From: Eledone cirrhosa
Lineage: Eukaryota
NCBI GenBank assembly: GCA_964016885.1
Contig: OZ024740.1
Location: forward strand, 402,256,001-402,320,000
Length of the DNA stretch: 64,000 bases
Reading direction: 5' to 3'
Shown here: piece after piece, positions 38,046 to 51,547 of the stretch
Numbering within the stretch: the stretch's first letter is position 1
How the letters are laid out: each line of letters opens with the position of its first letter
The notes under the pieces: generated by a model
Seen by the model: only the letters and a program-made list of their open reading frames with translations
Database searches by the model: none
What the model was told of the DNA's origin: nothing
Made by a program: the position numbers and the translations under genes

Positions 38046-38308
38046 CTGTTCGAGTGAGTGTGAAAATATCAAAAACAGCGGAAGGACAGGTTAATAATGT
38101 GTGATTCTATAATTGCTCACATCATTAATCAAATACACCTCTTTATGATGCGGCATGTATGTTAACAAATTTTCTATGACACGCACACATAGCACACATT
38201 ATCAGACAGTTAATCTTAACAAACTTTAGTCACACAATCACACTGGTTATACATCGACACTCACATACACAAACAGAAACATTTATATTGGCAACACCGC
38301 GGAGAAAT

Positions 38309-38361
<53 letters not shown>

Positions 38362-38792
38362 CATATGCTCGTCTAAATGAGAAGGAAATATTGATCGTTT
38401 CTTACCATTATGTAAGCCGTATTAAATTAAATGTTTGAAGAAATCTACTAATTAAAGTAACATATGTATGCAAACACATTCAGTCGCACATAATTATATA
38501 GTTACAGAGACAAACATGTGCATATATATAATCAAGTTTAATAAGTATACATCAGAAATTGTGTCTTCTCATTTTGTTTTTCCTAGTGATTCTCCTCCGC
38601 TCATCAACTATATTGTTTTCAACACTAAGCCCCACACTAAACACTGATGCTAGCCCTCCGTCCCAGATTGGAACGGGATAGAGACTCTGTATGAGATGGC
38701 GAAGTCAAGCCGAAACTATTCGAGAGGTTCCCTGTTCAGTTCTGCTGAGGGAGAAATAGGGTCTAACAGCATTATATATTAACAGCATTATT

Positions 38793-38980
38793 TGGTGGAT
38801 TGGCAGTATCGGTAGAGGGTCGGGCGCCATGCTTTGCAGCAAAGAGTTACGGCCCTTTATGGTCTGAGTTCAAATCCCGCCGAGGTTAACTTTGCCTTTC
38901 ATCCTTACAGGGTCGATAAAATAAAGTACCAGTAATACACTGGTAATTGCTGGCCTTGTGCCAAAAGTAGAAACAATTAT
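38793..38980 (+). mobile_element. tRNA-derived SINE
   Basis: Full-length copy. Confidence 0.82.
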
Positions 38981-38985
38981 TTATA

Positions 38986-39180
38986 GGGCGGCGGATTGGC
39001 AGTATCGTTAGAACGTCGGACAAAATACTTCGCGACATAGAGTTATGGCCCATTGCGTTCTGAGTTCAAATTCCGCCGAGGTTAACTTTGCCTTTAATCC
39101 TTACGGGGGTTGATAACATAAAGCACCAGTAATTCACTGGAGTAATTGCTGGCCTTGTGCCAAAAGTAAAAGCAATTATT
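38986..39180 (+). mobile_element. tRNA-derived SINE, different subfamily head, tandem to the previous copy
   Basis: Head GGCGGCGGATTGGCAGTATCGTTAGAACGTCGG, with the same body and tail. Confidence 0.8.
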
Positions 39181-39353
39181 TATATAGTTAATTAGAGCTA
39201 TATGTGTCCTTTTAAAGCATCCACGTAGAATTATTTACAATTTTACACACAAACACCACTCAGTCACGCACACACAGACAAACAGACACACACTCACATA
39301 GACACACACTATTTCATTACATTTTTATAATCAACATAATAAAACTTAATGAA

Positions 39354-39705
39354 TTGGGATTTCTCCGAAGGGTCATCGGAGTAACGTTATTCGATAGAGT
39401 GCGTAGCTCGGAGATCAGTGAGTCACTCCAGGTAGAGCCACTACTTATCCGAATTGAGAGATCACAGCTCTATACAATGATCATGTGAATAGAATGTCTG
39501 GACAGGAAGAAATCGTTGAACAGAATTTACGGGCAACAGAAGACCCAGTATTTGACCCCGAGGAAGATGGTTTGATAACATTCATGAGCTTGGCTGGTCT
39601 CGCTTAGCTCCAGACGGATCAGTCAGAGACGGTTGCTTCTGACAAGACCCACTGGAAACAGTGTTTGAGGGCTCTGCCGCTACGAACCTCTCACGAATAA
39701 GTATG
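39354..39705 (+). mobile_element. RTE-clade (Expander/Rex3-like) LINE 3' fragment
   Basis: Translates to GFLRRVIGVTLFDRVRSSEISESLQVEPLLIRIERSQL..HVNRM..PRGRWFDNI. Confidence 0.8.
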
Positions 39706-40686
39706 CGAAAAAGAAGTACACACTAATATAGAATAAACTGATGCCTAACGAGTGAAACCGGCTTATAATATTTGCTTATAATATTTCACAATAATAGTAA
39801 TCAATTTCCTCTTGATATTCTATCAAAAACAAGAGGGAAACTGGAACTGCTGATCTACTGTAACAGATATTTAGAGATAGGATTATGTTGGAAGGGGAGG
39901 GGAAACAGAGCATGTATATGAATAAATTTTAATTATATTTGCATGCGTTTAATTGAAATATATTTAGCCTCACACTGGAAATAAAGTCTGTAGTTAAGCT
40001 AACTAGTGATATGTATGTTTATTAAATGTGCTCGTGTAAACACATTTACACATCCTCCACAAGCTGTTTTAGCGCTGTTTCAGCACTGTTTACACTGCAA
40101 AACAAAATTGTAGACCCCTTCCACCATGATTGACTGTGGGTTCGCACACAACTAGGCGAGGCGTTTAGAGTAAGGCGAACAGTTGCCCATGCATACAAAT
40201 ATCTCTTCTCCTTGCCATCTATTTTATTCAAAGGAAACTTAAATGATGATATCGCATTTTTCTATTTGAGTCGACTAGTGCAACTTGAAATAAAATGCCT
40301 GGGTCAAGAATATAAAGCACAGGCGAACTCCCAACCTAACGATCGAGATACCAACACTCACCGACTATCGATAATAATATTAATGTTTACGAAAATACAA
40401 TTCTTTCTCTTCGCTGGATGTACGTATGTGATACGAGAAAACCCGATTTGATAGCAAACAGCTGCAACAGAATTTGCTTATTTAGTAAGAAAGAAAAAAA
40501 AGACATCATCTTTACAATTGGATTTGATAAATATTCTTATATATACACATAATATTGATAATTATTCATAAATATATCTAAAGATATGCTGACAGGAATC
40601 TTTGAATACAGGTACATTCACACAAAATAAAAATTCATGCTCAGAGGTAAATGATATCTATCTATCTATATATATATATATATATA

Positions 40687-42765
40687 CACTGCTAAACACA
40701 GAGTGAAAGATTTTGGCCAAGGTGTTAGCGAAGAGGTTGGCGCTTGTCGTCGGGAACCTGGTGAAAGAAGCGCAGACATGCGCAATCCCATCGAGGTCCA
40801 TACACGACAACCTCCACTTCATGCGATACATCATAGAGAGGGTAGGGAACGAACCCGGCTTTGGTGGGACCCTGATCAACTTGGACCAATCTAAGGCGTT
40901 CGATAGGGTTGCCCATCGGTACCTGAATGCGGTGGTCGCGGCAGCAGGCTTCGGACCCGTTTTCAGGGGCTGGATTACTACAATGCACAGCAGCAACACC
41001 TGCTCGAGAGTCAAGGTGAACGGCTACCTTTCGGAGCCGTTCCAAATCGCGTGATCCATCCGACAGAGATGCCCCCTCTCTTCCCTTCTGTATGTGCTGG
41101 CTCTCGAGCCACTACTGCGGATGTTGGAGCTGTTGCAGGGAATCCCCTTGGAACTGGGACTGCGGAAAGCGGTGTCGGCCTACGCCGATTAAGTGAAAGT
41201 AATGGTGTCGTGCGCCTCGGAAATCGGGCAGATAGGCACCTTACTGGAGGAATACGAAAGGTTTACAGCTGAACCGGGACAAGTCCGCCGGTTTGCAACT
41301 CGGAACGTGGAGAGGCAAACTGATGCCCTCCGACGGCGTCGTCGGACGCTGGACGGAGGGACCGGTGAAGCTGCTCGGAGTCTGGTTCTGACCGGATCTC
41401 CAGGTGGAGAAAAACTGGGACGAGGTAACGGGCAGGGTGTTTGCACTCGCCCAGAAGTAGGCCGAGTGCAAACTATCCCTGAAAGGTCGAGCGGAGATGG
41501 CGAACACTTATACAGCGTCCATCATCTACTACCGCTTGACCGTCGTGTTTTGCCCAGCAAAAACGCTCGCCAAAATGGAGCGCGCGCTCTTCCGATTCCT
41601 TTGGAAGAAGTGGGCTCCTTCGGTGAGAAGATCCATCTCCTGTCAACACCCTTCGAACGGAGGGCTGTGGGTGCCATGGCTGACGATGCGTAGACACGCA
41701 TTAAGCCTACGGCACCTCCAGGTATTCCTCACCGGTCAGCCGGTGTGGGCCCCTTTTGTGAGGCGAGCCTTCCGAGACTCGTCTCACTCACCGAGCTGCA
41801 ATCCTAGGTCAAGCAAAGACCGAGAAAAATGGGCGACTGGCACATTGAATGTGCCCAGGCGCTCACAGCCCTCGGGCAAGCGGATATGGCAATCAGTGGA
41901 GACTCAACCTCAACATTCTATAGAGGGTTGGTGCGTAGCAAGCGTGACGACGCTCTCGGAGAGGCTCTGAGCGTGGAGGAAGACGAGCTAGCCAGTCTCT
42001 TCGGTAGGACGTTTGGCCCGGGACCAATGGACAACTTCCAAAAGTCCCTGGCTTGGCAGTGCTACCCATGAGCTCTACCCGTTCGGGACAAGCTCTACAG
42101 ACACGGGCGCCCGGGTAGGGACCCCTCGAAGAATATCTGTCCGAGATGCGTGCGTGACGAGTAACCGTCGCGCACGCATTCGTACACTGACCCGGCGTTG
42201 CTAATCTGGGGGCTATGTGGAACGACTACTGACGCGGGTGGGACCAATCCGGTTGACCACCGAGTACATTGTCACGATCAAACCGCCTCCCCCCTTCAAA
42301 AACGAAGGAGAGGCGGTTTTCCTGTGTGATAGCTATGGTGGACGAGGTTGAAAGGGCTGAGGTCAGATATTTTTCTCTCCGGCCAACAACTGGTCCTTTT
42401 TTGCAAGTACCATTTTAGAAGAAGGATCAGAATGGAGAGAGAGAGGTGCTCTACCCCAGCAAGTTTTATGAAAGGTGGGTGAAAGTGGTGAGAATGGCCC
42501 GATGAATGGGGCTTCACTCTATATCAGCCTGTAGGTGAGAGAGGAGAAGAAAGTGTGCTCCTGGGGAGGAGGGTTGCACATTTTTTTCGGGAGTGTGTGC
42601 GACCCACGTCAACGCCACCTCCCTATTGAGGACTTCGATTGTTGAATTTTATTTGTTATATGTTTTTACATATAACAAATTGAAATATATGTAACACCCC
42701 CCCCCCCCCCCACCTTGTATTTGTCCCAATCTTTGATGCCCTGGTGGCAAATAAATAGAAAGTTA
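40687..42765 (+). mobile_element. 5'-truncated L1/Tx1-clade LINE (RT, C-terminal Cys motif, 3' UTR)
   Basis: KILAKVLAKRL, LINLDQSKAFDRV, decayed AYAD* and ICPRC. Tail CCCTGGTGGCAAATAAA. TATCTATCTATC(TA)n on both sides. Confidence 0.88.
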
Positions 42766-42773
42766 TCTATCTA

Positions 42774-42830
<57 letters not shown>

Positions 42831-42832
<2 letters not shown>

Positions 42833-43744
42833 TATAGAGGGCTGGTGGTTAGCATGTGCGACGAAGCCCTCGGAAAAGCCCTAGGCATGGAGGAAGACGA
42901 ACTTGCCAACCTGTTTGGTAGGACATTTAGCCCGGGACCCATGGATAACTTCCAGAGGTCCCAGGTCTGGCAGTGCTACAGAAGGGCTCTGCCCGTTCGA
43001 GAAAGGCTCTACAGGCACGGGCGTCCGGGTAGGGACCCCTCGAAAAAGATCTGTCCCAGATGCGTGTGCGACGAGGAAACCGTTGCACACGCATTGGTAC
43101 ACTGCTCGGGCATTGCTGATCTGTGGGGCTATGTCGAACAACTGCTGTCAAGTGTGGGACCGATCCGGTTGACCACCGAGTCTATTGTAACGATCAAGCC
43201 GCCTCCCCTATTCAAAACGAAGGAGAGGGGGTGTTTCTGTGCGTAATAGCCATGGCGAAAGAGGTTGTATGGTGGACGCGTCTGAAAGGACTGAGGTCAG
43301 ACACCTTTCTCTCTGGCCAACAACTGGTCCGTTTCTTCCGATATCATTTCGGAAGAAGGATCAGGATGGAGAGAGAGGGGCTGCACCCCAGCCGTTTTTA
43401 TGAAAGATGGGTGAAAGTGTCGAGAATGGCCCGTGTGAATGGGCCTTCACTCTACATCAGACTATAGGTGAGGAAGATGAAAGACCAAGGGAACACCCCT
43501 TCTCTGTGCTCCTGAGGAAAAGGGTTGCACACTTTTTTCGGGGGTGTGTGCGACCCCCCCCCCCCCCCCCCCCAAGGCGCCTCCTCTCTATTGAGGATTT
43601 TGTTATTTATTTTATTCTGTTATATTTTATTTTATTTTTATATTTTGTTATTGCCTCCTCCTTATTGAGGACGCCTTGTTTTGTAAACTCCCCCATTGTA
43701 CTTGTCCCACTTTGGATGCCCTGGTGGCAAATAAAAGAAACATA

Positions 43745-43749
<5 letters not shown>
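42831..43749 (+). mobile_element. L1/Tx1 3' fragment of a related subfamily
   Basis: CPRCVCDEETVAHALVHC motif, same tail, embedded in (TA)n. Confidence 0.88.
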
Positions 43750-43814
<65 letters not shown>

Positions 43815-43963
43815 CATATTAAGCTGTTAAACAATATTCTATGATTATGTCAAAGAATGAGTTTTACAGTAGATTGGAAGCACTCAACAGTGTAAATAAT
43901 TTTCAGGGGTTATTAATATTAAAATATAAGTATTAATAAAATAGATGTTCTTTGGATCAATTA

Positions 43964-44018
43964 CATTTTATTATACATATTTCGGATGTACAACAGTACG
44001 TCCTCATCAGACAAAATA
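43964..44018 (-). ncRNA. Type I hammerhead ribozyme
   Basis: TATTTTGT CTGATGA GGACGTAC-TGTT-GTACATCC GAAA TATGTAT A ATAAAATG. Confidence 0.75.
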
Positions 44019-44212
44019 AATGATACATGAAGGCATAGCATATTGTTAATATGATATCCCCGAAATATATATAATGAAATAAATATGGTTTTATAAATAT
44101 AGTTTTCCATTTATTTAATATTGTAAATATACTCCAATTATTTGTCGAGTGCTTTTATACCAGTTATAAATATTTACTAGTTGTAACCCAACAATTTTAA
44201 ATATAACTTTCC

Positions 44213-44329
<117 letters not shown>

Positions 44330-44398
44330 CATATATATATATACATATATATAGATATATATATACACATATATATACATATATACATATATATATAT

Positions 44399-44500
<102 letters not shown>

Positions 44501-44630
44501 TTATATATATATATCATTCGAAAAATGAAATTTCATTTCTCACTCTTAGTACGGCTGATACTTAAATATTAGTATGTATACGTACATACATATATGTATA
44601 CAAACGTTCAATCAACTAACAGGAATGTAT

Positions 44631-44673
44631 ACGGTGGTGATGACAGTTAATAAGCTCGAAACTAGTTCATCGT
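44631..44673 (+). ncRNA. Hammerhead paralog of 945-987 with C3G core mutation
   Basis: ACGGTG GTGATGA CAGTT-AATA-AGCTC GAAA CTAG TT CATCGT. Stem I pairing is preserved by a U.G to G.U swap. Confidence 0.55.
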
Positions 44674-44866
44674 TCCTTTGTCAGTGTTGAACAAAATGGC
44701 AACGATGGTTGCCGAACACTGTACGGCTTAATTCGGGCTGTTTGTTTACAAACAAACCGAGCATTAGAATAAATGTTCCGTAAACCGATACGTACATATA
44801 TATATGTATGTATGTATATACATACTACTGTACGTCTGCATACATATGTGTATGTACGTGTACATA

Positions 44867-44935
<69 letters not shown>

Positions 44936-45008
44936 GTGTGTGTGTGTGTGTGTAAGGAAAAGCAACCTAAAATGCAACTGGGGTCTTTTTAAAAATATCT
45001 ATTTATTT

Positions 45009-45047
45009 CCTTTACTGGTTTCACAGTTCTTGTGGCTTTTCAAAAGT
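45009..45047 (-). ncRNA. Second, decayed copy of the U3-A8 hammerhead
   Basis: ACTT TTGAAAA GCCACAAGAACTGT GAAA CCAG TA AAGG. Flanks match ~2270-2362. Confidence 0.45.
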
Positions 45048-45683
45048 AGAATTGAGATGGAGCGTCTGTGGTTTTTCTCGCGAGAATTAGCTCAAGGAAT
45101 ATATTATGAGCCCTTTATAGCAGATTAAAGAGAGAATGTGTGTGCGTGTGATGAAATCTTACGCGATACAATACCGCCAAAGTGAAGAATATATTAACTA
45201 AAGATAGTACGGTCCACACTCTACCTCTCTCTCCACTCCAAGTATTTCTGTATCTTTTTCTTCCCTTCGGTTTGTTTATTTCTTTTATTTGATTTTCCTT
45301 ACACAACATAATAACAATCGACTTTAAATCTCATTATTTTAAACCTTTTGTAACCAAATTATTTTCTTTAACATTCAAATTTTACAGCCATTATCCTATG
45401 GTGTCCACTACAAGCCAGTTACTTTCACATATATAAGGAAATAAGAAAATAAATATATATATATATATATATAGTATTAAGGATACTATTTATGGTTATG
45501 TATATAATAAAACCTTATATAGTTATATATATTTTAAACCCTAAATAGTGGAAGACAGTAATTCATCACTATCTTATTACCAGTAAGATAAATAGCTCAA
45601 TGTAATAACATTGGAGGAAACAATTGTAAGCAAATAAATGATTTAAACTGAACTTTGATTCATGTAATATCTATATATATATA

Positions 45684-46671
45684 TATTTATTAAAATAGCA
45701 GATTAAAGTTTAAGCAAAGAATCGCTGCTTTCACCCATAACGGGATCTTCTGAAACTAACAAAGTCAATCTGTGAACGCAGAAGTGAATATTTGCTCTAC
45801 GGTTCTTATATATTTGATATATATTTATCCGTATCAAGCCCTCTTTGGATATTAGTCTTCAAATTTATTATTATTACTATATATATATATATATATAAAA
45901 TAAACTAAAATAAATAAGTCAAATGTTTAAAATTTGGCTTCGTTTATTACTGCTATATATATTTCGGTGACAGCCATCTTTGGCTGTGATCTCTTCAGGC
46001 AGTCCGAATTAGTATGGTAGAGACGAGTACACATGTTGTTGAGGTGTTTAACTCTGTCAGTACTCTGATATGCCCAGTTCCTGGTTGGGTTGTTATTTCA
46101 CTGAGGAACTGGAATCATATGAATTTAAACAAACGAATTTCAGTGTCAAAGGACATCTTCTCCTCTCATTGGTCAGTTGTGAGAACATTCCTCAGTCAAA
46201 AGTCTCTATACAACCAACATATACTCAAAATATATATATGACGTATTATCTTCGTTTTTTCTGTTCATTGCCAGAGAACGTCTCTATGAACCACCTAATA
46301 GAATATTAGTCTACGACTTCTTTTATACCATAAACGTGGTTTTCTCTTTGCGCGTAATTGTTTTTCACTGCTCCAAATAATGACGTATTATATTCGTTTT
46401 TTCCCGTTCTTTGCCAGGGAATATTTCCACGAACCAAAGTATCGTCTCCTGTCTTCCTCCGGTTGCAACGTTTTTTGAAATATTCACTTCTGCGTTCACA
46501 GATTGACTTTGTTAGTTTCAGAAGATCCCGTTAAGGGTGAAAGCAGCGATTCTTTGCTTAAACTTTATTCTGTTATTTTAATAAATATTTGCTCTACGGT
46601 TCTTATATATTTGATATATATTTATCCTTATCGAGCCCTCTTTGGATTTTAGACTTCAAATTTATTATTAT

Positions 46672-46680
<9 letters not shown>
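45684..46680. mobile_element. Solo pLTR pieces of the Naiad-like PLE (inverted 45684-45792, tail 45790-45880, direct 46240-46680) with another PLE-type repeat between them
   Basis: Direct sequence match to ~17625-18120. Confidence 0.8.
45949..46003 (-). ncRNA. Type I hammerhead ribozyme (family of 21154)
   Basis: ACTGC CTGAAGA GATCACAGCCA-AAGA-TGGCTGTCACC GAAA TATATAT A GCAGT. Stem I is perfect. Confidence 0.75.
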
Positions 46681-46757
<77 letters not shown>

Positions 46758-47442
46758 TTTTCTAATTTCTTTTACCCTTTCTACGGAAATACATATATAT
46801 ATATATATATATATATAAATATATAACATATATATATTTGTGTATGTATATATATTCTATCATTCCTTTCTTCATCTTCTTTCGTGTTTCTCCCCTTGGT
46901 TTTCGTTATTTTTTGTTCTCCGTTGCTTGTCGTATATATATCCTCTTTTCGTTCAACCGACGCTACAAAAGAACTGAAAAAAATTGTAGGCACAAACTCA
47001 CGGAGATTCCCCTACTAGATAGTTATATATTATATTGTTTCCAGGTAAAACACCAGCTAGCTGACTGACAAAACACATGCACCGTTTCTTTTTGACTAAC
47101 GCTTAGAGAATCGGCCTGTCCCATAGCATGCTCTAATATCAAATGGCATTTATCTATGATAATACGCCTATCTGTATTTCGACTGACATGCACGCATGTG
47201 ATTTTACTGGCTCGCATGTAAATAGGGATAAATACATAGATACACGTACAACACGAGCACACAGTGAAGAATTTACACGCATATACAAATGGATACACGT
47301 AAATTAATATATAATTACCCACAGACAGAGACACACACACAAACATACACATCACACACACACACACAGAATACACACACATACACACACATATATAAAT
47401 ATATATGTGTGTGTGTGTATTCGAGAGTGAATAATGATACAA

Positions 47443-47530
47443 TAATTGTTTCTACATTTGGCACAAGGCCACCAATTACCCAGTCCATTACTGGTACTTT
47501 ATTTTATCGACCCCTCGGTGGGATTTGAAT
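47443..47530 (-). mobile_element. Internally deleted SINE fragment
   Basis: Tail, part of the body and B-box. Confidence 0.6.
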
Positions 47531-47836
47531 AATGATAGAATAATATCATAATATTATTAATATTCGCTTTGTTCCCGTGGTAGCTGGGAGAAAACAATCG
47601 ACAATTTACAATTGTGTCTGAGTGGTTTGCTACTTGTAAAGATTGTGTATACTGCTGAAAATACATAGTACTCTGAAATGTATACATCAGCTGATTAGCC
47701 TCATTTGCATACCAAGCGATTTTACGGCCCGCTTTGCCGAAAAATAAAAATATAATTGTAAGTATGTATACGTACATAGACATATGTATACAGACGTACA
47801 GTAGTATGTATATACATACATACATGCACACATATA

Positions 47837-49122
47837 CAGGATGGGGCATAATTCCTGTTACACAGTTTTAAATCAATTTTAAAAATACATTATGTTGCTA
47901 ATATAACTAATATATTTGTATCAAATCCGTGCACTATAACCATATTAACTATTTTTCAGAACATTACTCCATTAACAATTTGCAATGTCCATAGAATTGA
48001 AAAGAAAGTTCATAATAGAGAAGCATGAAAAGGCCTGACTCCACCCGAGATATTTAAACTGGGAAAACTCTTAAGATCAATAGAATGTTAATCAAAAGGA
48101 CAATCGATCGATTTAAGGAAACTTCCTCGACCAAAGACAGGCCTCGATCCGGACGCCCTCGTATATCAAGAACACCAAAGCTCGTTAAAAGTGTGAGGGA
48201 AAAAATAAGGCGTAATCCAAGAAGGTCCAGTACAAAAATGGCAGAAGAAGCAGAAACATCGCTGAGAACTATGCGGATGATATGTCGAGATAATCGTGGG
48301 ATGTCACCCTATAAGTTCCAAAAGAGGCAGCTTCTCTCTGCAGCCACAATTGAAAAGTGGCTCTCCAGAAGTAAAGTGTTATTGAACCGTATCAAGGATG
48401 GCACGCTGCAAAACATCATCTTTACAGATGAGAAGTTATTCACTGTGCAGCAGACTCACCATCATCAAAATGATCGAGTAGTTGCAAAAAGTCTCAAATC
48501 AATTCCTTCAAGTGTAGGAAAAGTGTTTAGAACACAGAAACCAACATCAGTGATTGTTTTGGCAGCCATTTATGAGAGAGGGAAGTCTCCTCTGATTTTT
48601 GTACCTCAAGGAGTTAAAATTAACAAAGAATTTTACATAAAGTATATTTTGGAAGTAGCACTGATGCCATGGTGCACATCTGTTTATGGCGATGACATTT
48701 GGACTCTCCAACAAGATGGAGCGACGAGCCACACTGCTCACGTAACACAACAGAGATGTAGAGACCATTGTCCTGCATGGATCAGTAACGAAGACTGGCC
48801 TCCCACATCACCAGATTTCAACCCTCTCGATTTTTCTTTATGGTCAATTCTTGAGAGTGAAGCCTGCTCTACTCATAGCCAAAATATTGAAACTATAAAA
48901 TCAAAACTGAATAAAGTATGGGAGAAAATACCCAGCCATCGAAGACTTTCCTAGAAATCTTCGAGCGGTGGTGAGAGCAAGAGGAAAGCATTTCGAATAT
49001 TTTTTTGTGAAGTTGTTTAATAGCATATTACTTACTATTTGTTAAAGTTAGATCTTGAAATAAATGTTTTTTTCAAGAGTTATTTGCATTTTATTTTGTA
49101 ACAGTTTTTATGCCCTAGCTTG
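47837..49122 (+). mobile_element. Tc1/mariner superfamily transposon, DD37D (maT) family, 1286 bp
   Basis: TA on both sides. Imperfect ~26-bp TIRs CAGGATGGGGCATAATTCCTGTTACA and TGTAACAGTTTTTATGCCCTAGCTTG. It interrupts a copy of the 411-1127 repeat family. Confidence 0.9.
48085..48954 (+). pseudogene. DD37D transposase, frameshifted at both termini
   Basis: RSGRPR linker, FTDEKLF, QQDGATSH and WPPTSPDFNPLD, with 37 residues between the second and third Asp. Confidence 0.88.
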
Positions 49123-49247
49123 TATATATGTACATATGGATTTACGGAACATTTATTCTAATGCTCGGTTTGTTTGTAAACAAACAGCCCGAATTAAGCC
49201 GTACAGTGTTCGGCAACCATCGTTGCCCTTTTGTTCAACACTGACAA

Positions 49248-49568
49248 AGGAACAAACCCCCGCTGAAAGTTTTTTCCCTTCGATTTATATGAAATTTACA
49301 CCATAGGTACATGACAAGATATGAAACCTATTCACAAATTTTCAGCAAATTTCAATAATATTATAATACACTGATAATAAATAAATGGCAATTTCTGTCT
49401 GTTTGTTTGTGTGTGTGTTAGTGTGTCTCCATAAATTAACTTAATATTCTCTGCTTGCTGTAACATTTATTATTGTTCTGAGAGGCATTGGGCATTTTAA
49501 TGGAAACTACTGCTCCTGGGTATTACCGGGTACCTCAGCTAGTAAATATATATATATGTGTGTGTATG

Positions 49569-49644
<76 letters not shown>

Positions 49645-50508
49645 TCGTTTGGAAGCCTCGACAATGCAAATGGGTAAATCTCCGGGTAACAAGGTCCGGT
49701 GGTGGAGAGAGAGATGTAAGTGGGTGTAGGTTGAGATGCGTGGTGTGTATAAGATGTGTGAGATGTGTAGAATGGGGGGAAGAGTAAAAGGATAAAAATA
49801 AAAATAACAACACAAGAGAGAGTTACCTTGGGAGAGATTTAATAGTCCCTATATATTTCGGATTCACATCCATCAACTGGGGGTTTTTTCCGGGGTGGGG
49901 GAAAAGGTTGTCTGTCGGACAAGTCCGGAAGGCGTCTTTCGCTGTTTGCTGATTTGAATATCTGAGGTATTCGGCAGAGCGCGCGTGCGCGTGAAATGGG
50001 GTCGGTCGTACAAAGCTCAGCGGCCGAATGAGGGAGTGGGATGGCGCTAGCTGTCAGTCCATTCTCTGCCTGTTCGTTAGATGTTACTGATGGACTGACA
50101 GCTAGCGCCATCCCACTCCCTCATTCGGCCGCTGACCTTTGTACGACCGACCCCATTTCACGCGCACGCGCGCTCTGCCGAATACCTCAGATATTCAAAT
50201 CAGCAAACAGCGAAAGACGCCTTCCGGACTTGTCCGACACACAACCTTTTCCCCCACCCCGGAAAAAAAAACCCAGTTGGTGGATGTGAATCCGAAATAT
50301 ATAGGGACTATTAAATCTCTCCCAAGGTAACTCTCTCTTGTGTTGTTATTTTTATTTGTATCCTTTTACTCTTCCCTCCATTCTACACATCTCACACATC
50401 TTATACACACCACGCATCTCAACTTACGCCCACTTACATCTCTCTCTCCACCACCGGACCTTGTTACCCGGAGATTTACCCATTTGCATTGTCGAGGCTT
50501 CCAAACGA

Positions 50509-50564
<56 letters not shown>

Positions 50565-50883
50565 CACACACATATATATATATATTTACTAGCTGAGGTA
50601 CCCGGTAATACCCAGGAGCAGTAGTTTCCATTAAAATGCCCAATGCCTCTCAGAACAATAATAAATGTTACAGCAAGCAGAGAATATTAAGTTAGATTAT
50701 GGAGACACACTAACACACACACAAACAAACAGACAGAAATTGCCATTTATTTATTATCAGTGTATTATAATATTATTGAAATTTGCTGAAAATTTGTGAA
50801 TAGGTTTCATATCTTGTCATGTACCTATGGTGTAAATTTCATATAAATCGAAGGGAAAAAACTTTCAGCGGGGGTTTGTTCCT
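49248..50883. repeat. Large palindrome, ~800-bp arms, 27-bp spacer (50063-50089)
   Basis: The arms are reverse complements with a few substitutions and different (TA)n lengths. Confidence 0.95.
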
Positions 50884-51030
50884 CCAGGAAACCCTTTGAT
50901 TAAAATGAAATATACGTAAGAAATCAAATGGGCATGAGTCCCACACACGTGTCAATTTTCATCAAAATCGGTTTGGTAGTTTCTGAGTCTTAGGTTCACA
51001 AACAAACACACAGAGACAGAAATTGTCATT

Positions 51031-51035
<5 letters not shown>
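50588..51035 (+). mobile_element. Non-autonomous Helitron/Helentron-type (HINE-like) element; partial inverted copy at 49248-49544
   Basis: Start ACTAGCTGAGGTACCCGG. 3' motif TTTCATCAAAATCGGTT..AGTTT..ACAAACAAAC..ACAGA resembles such elements as I recall them. Confidence 0.5.
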
Positions 51036-51126
<91 letters not shown>

Positions 51127-51258
51127 ATATTATTAAATGGAAACTATATTTATAAAACCATATTTATTTTATTATACATATTTCCTATCCAGGAAGCTCC
51201 AACTGTTAAGTTTGGCTTTTTTCCGGATATGTCAATATTTATTTATAAAACAAATCTG

Positions 51259-51324
51259 TATTCTATCTGATGAAAGCGCACCATAATTTGCCTTGGTTGC
51301 CCTTGAAATAGGTATACTAAAATA
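51259..51324 (+). ncRNA. Decayed hammerhead (family of 52186), preceded by an inverted tail copy at ~51131-51184
   Basis: CTGATGA AAGCGCACCA..TGGTTGCCCTT GAAAT. Stems I and III carry mismatches. Confidence 0.55.
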
Positions 51325-51477
51325 AATATGGTTTTATAAATATAGCTTCCATTTATTAATATATTGTGTATTTACTCCACTAACTATTGAGTGCTTTATA
51401 TAAGTTATAAAAAATGTTAAGCTTGTTGAATCCCAACAAATTAAATATAACCTCTGCATATATATATTTTTTTTTTC

Positions 51478-51547
<70 letters not shown>

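Noticed and set aside
39735-39765. CTGATGC..GAAACCGGC hammerhead-like string
   Set aside because: A9 and the NUH triplet are both non-canonical.
40046-40231. Possible upstream exon of the mucin-like gene
   Set aside because: The acceptor is plausible, but the donor and phase are ambiguous and no homology is recognisable.
49507-50624. Mirror-image ORF pairs
   Set aside because: They are products of the palindrome with no coding signature.
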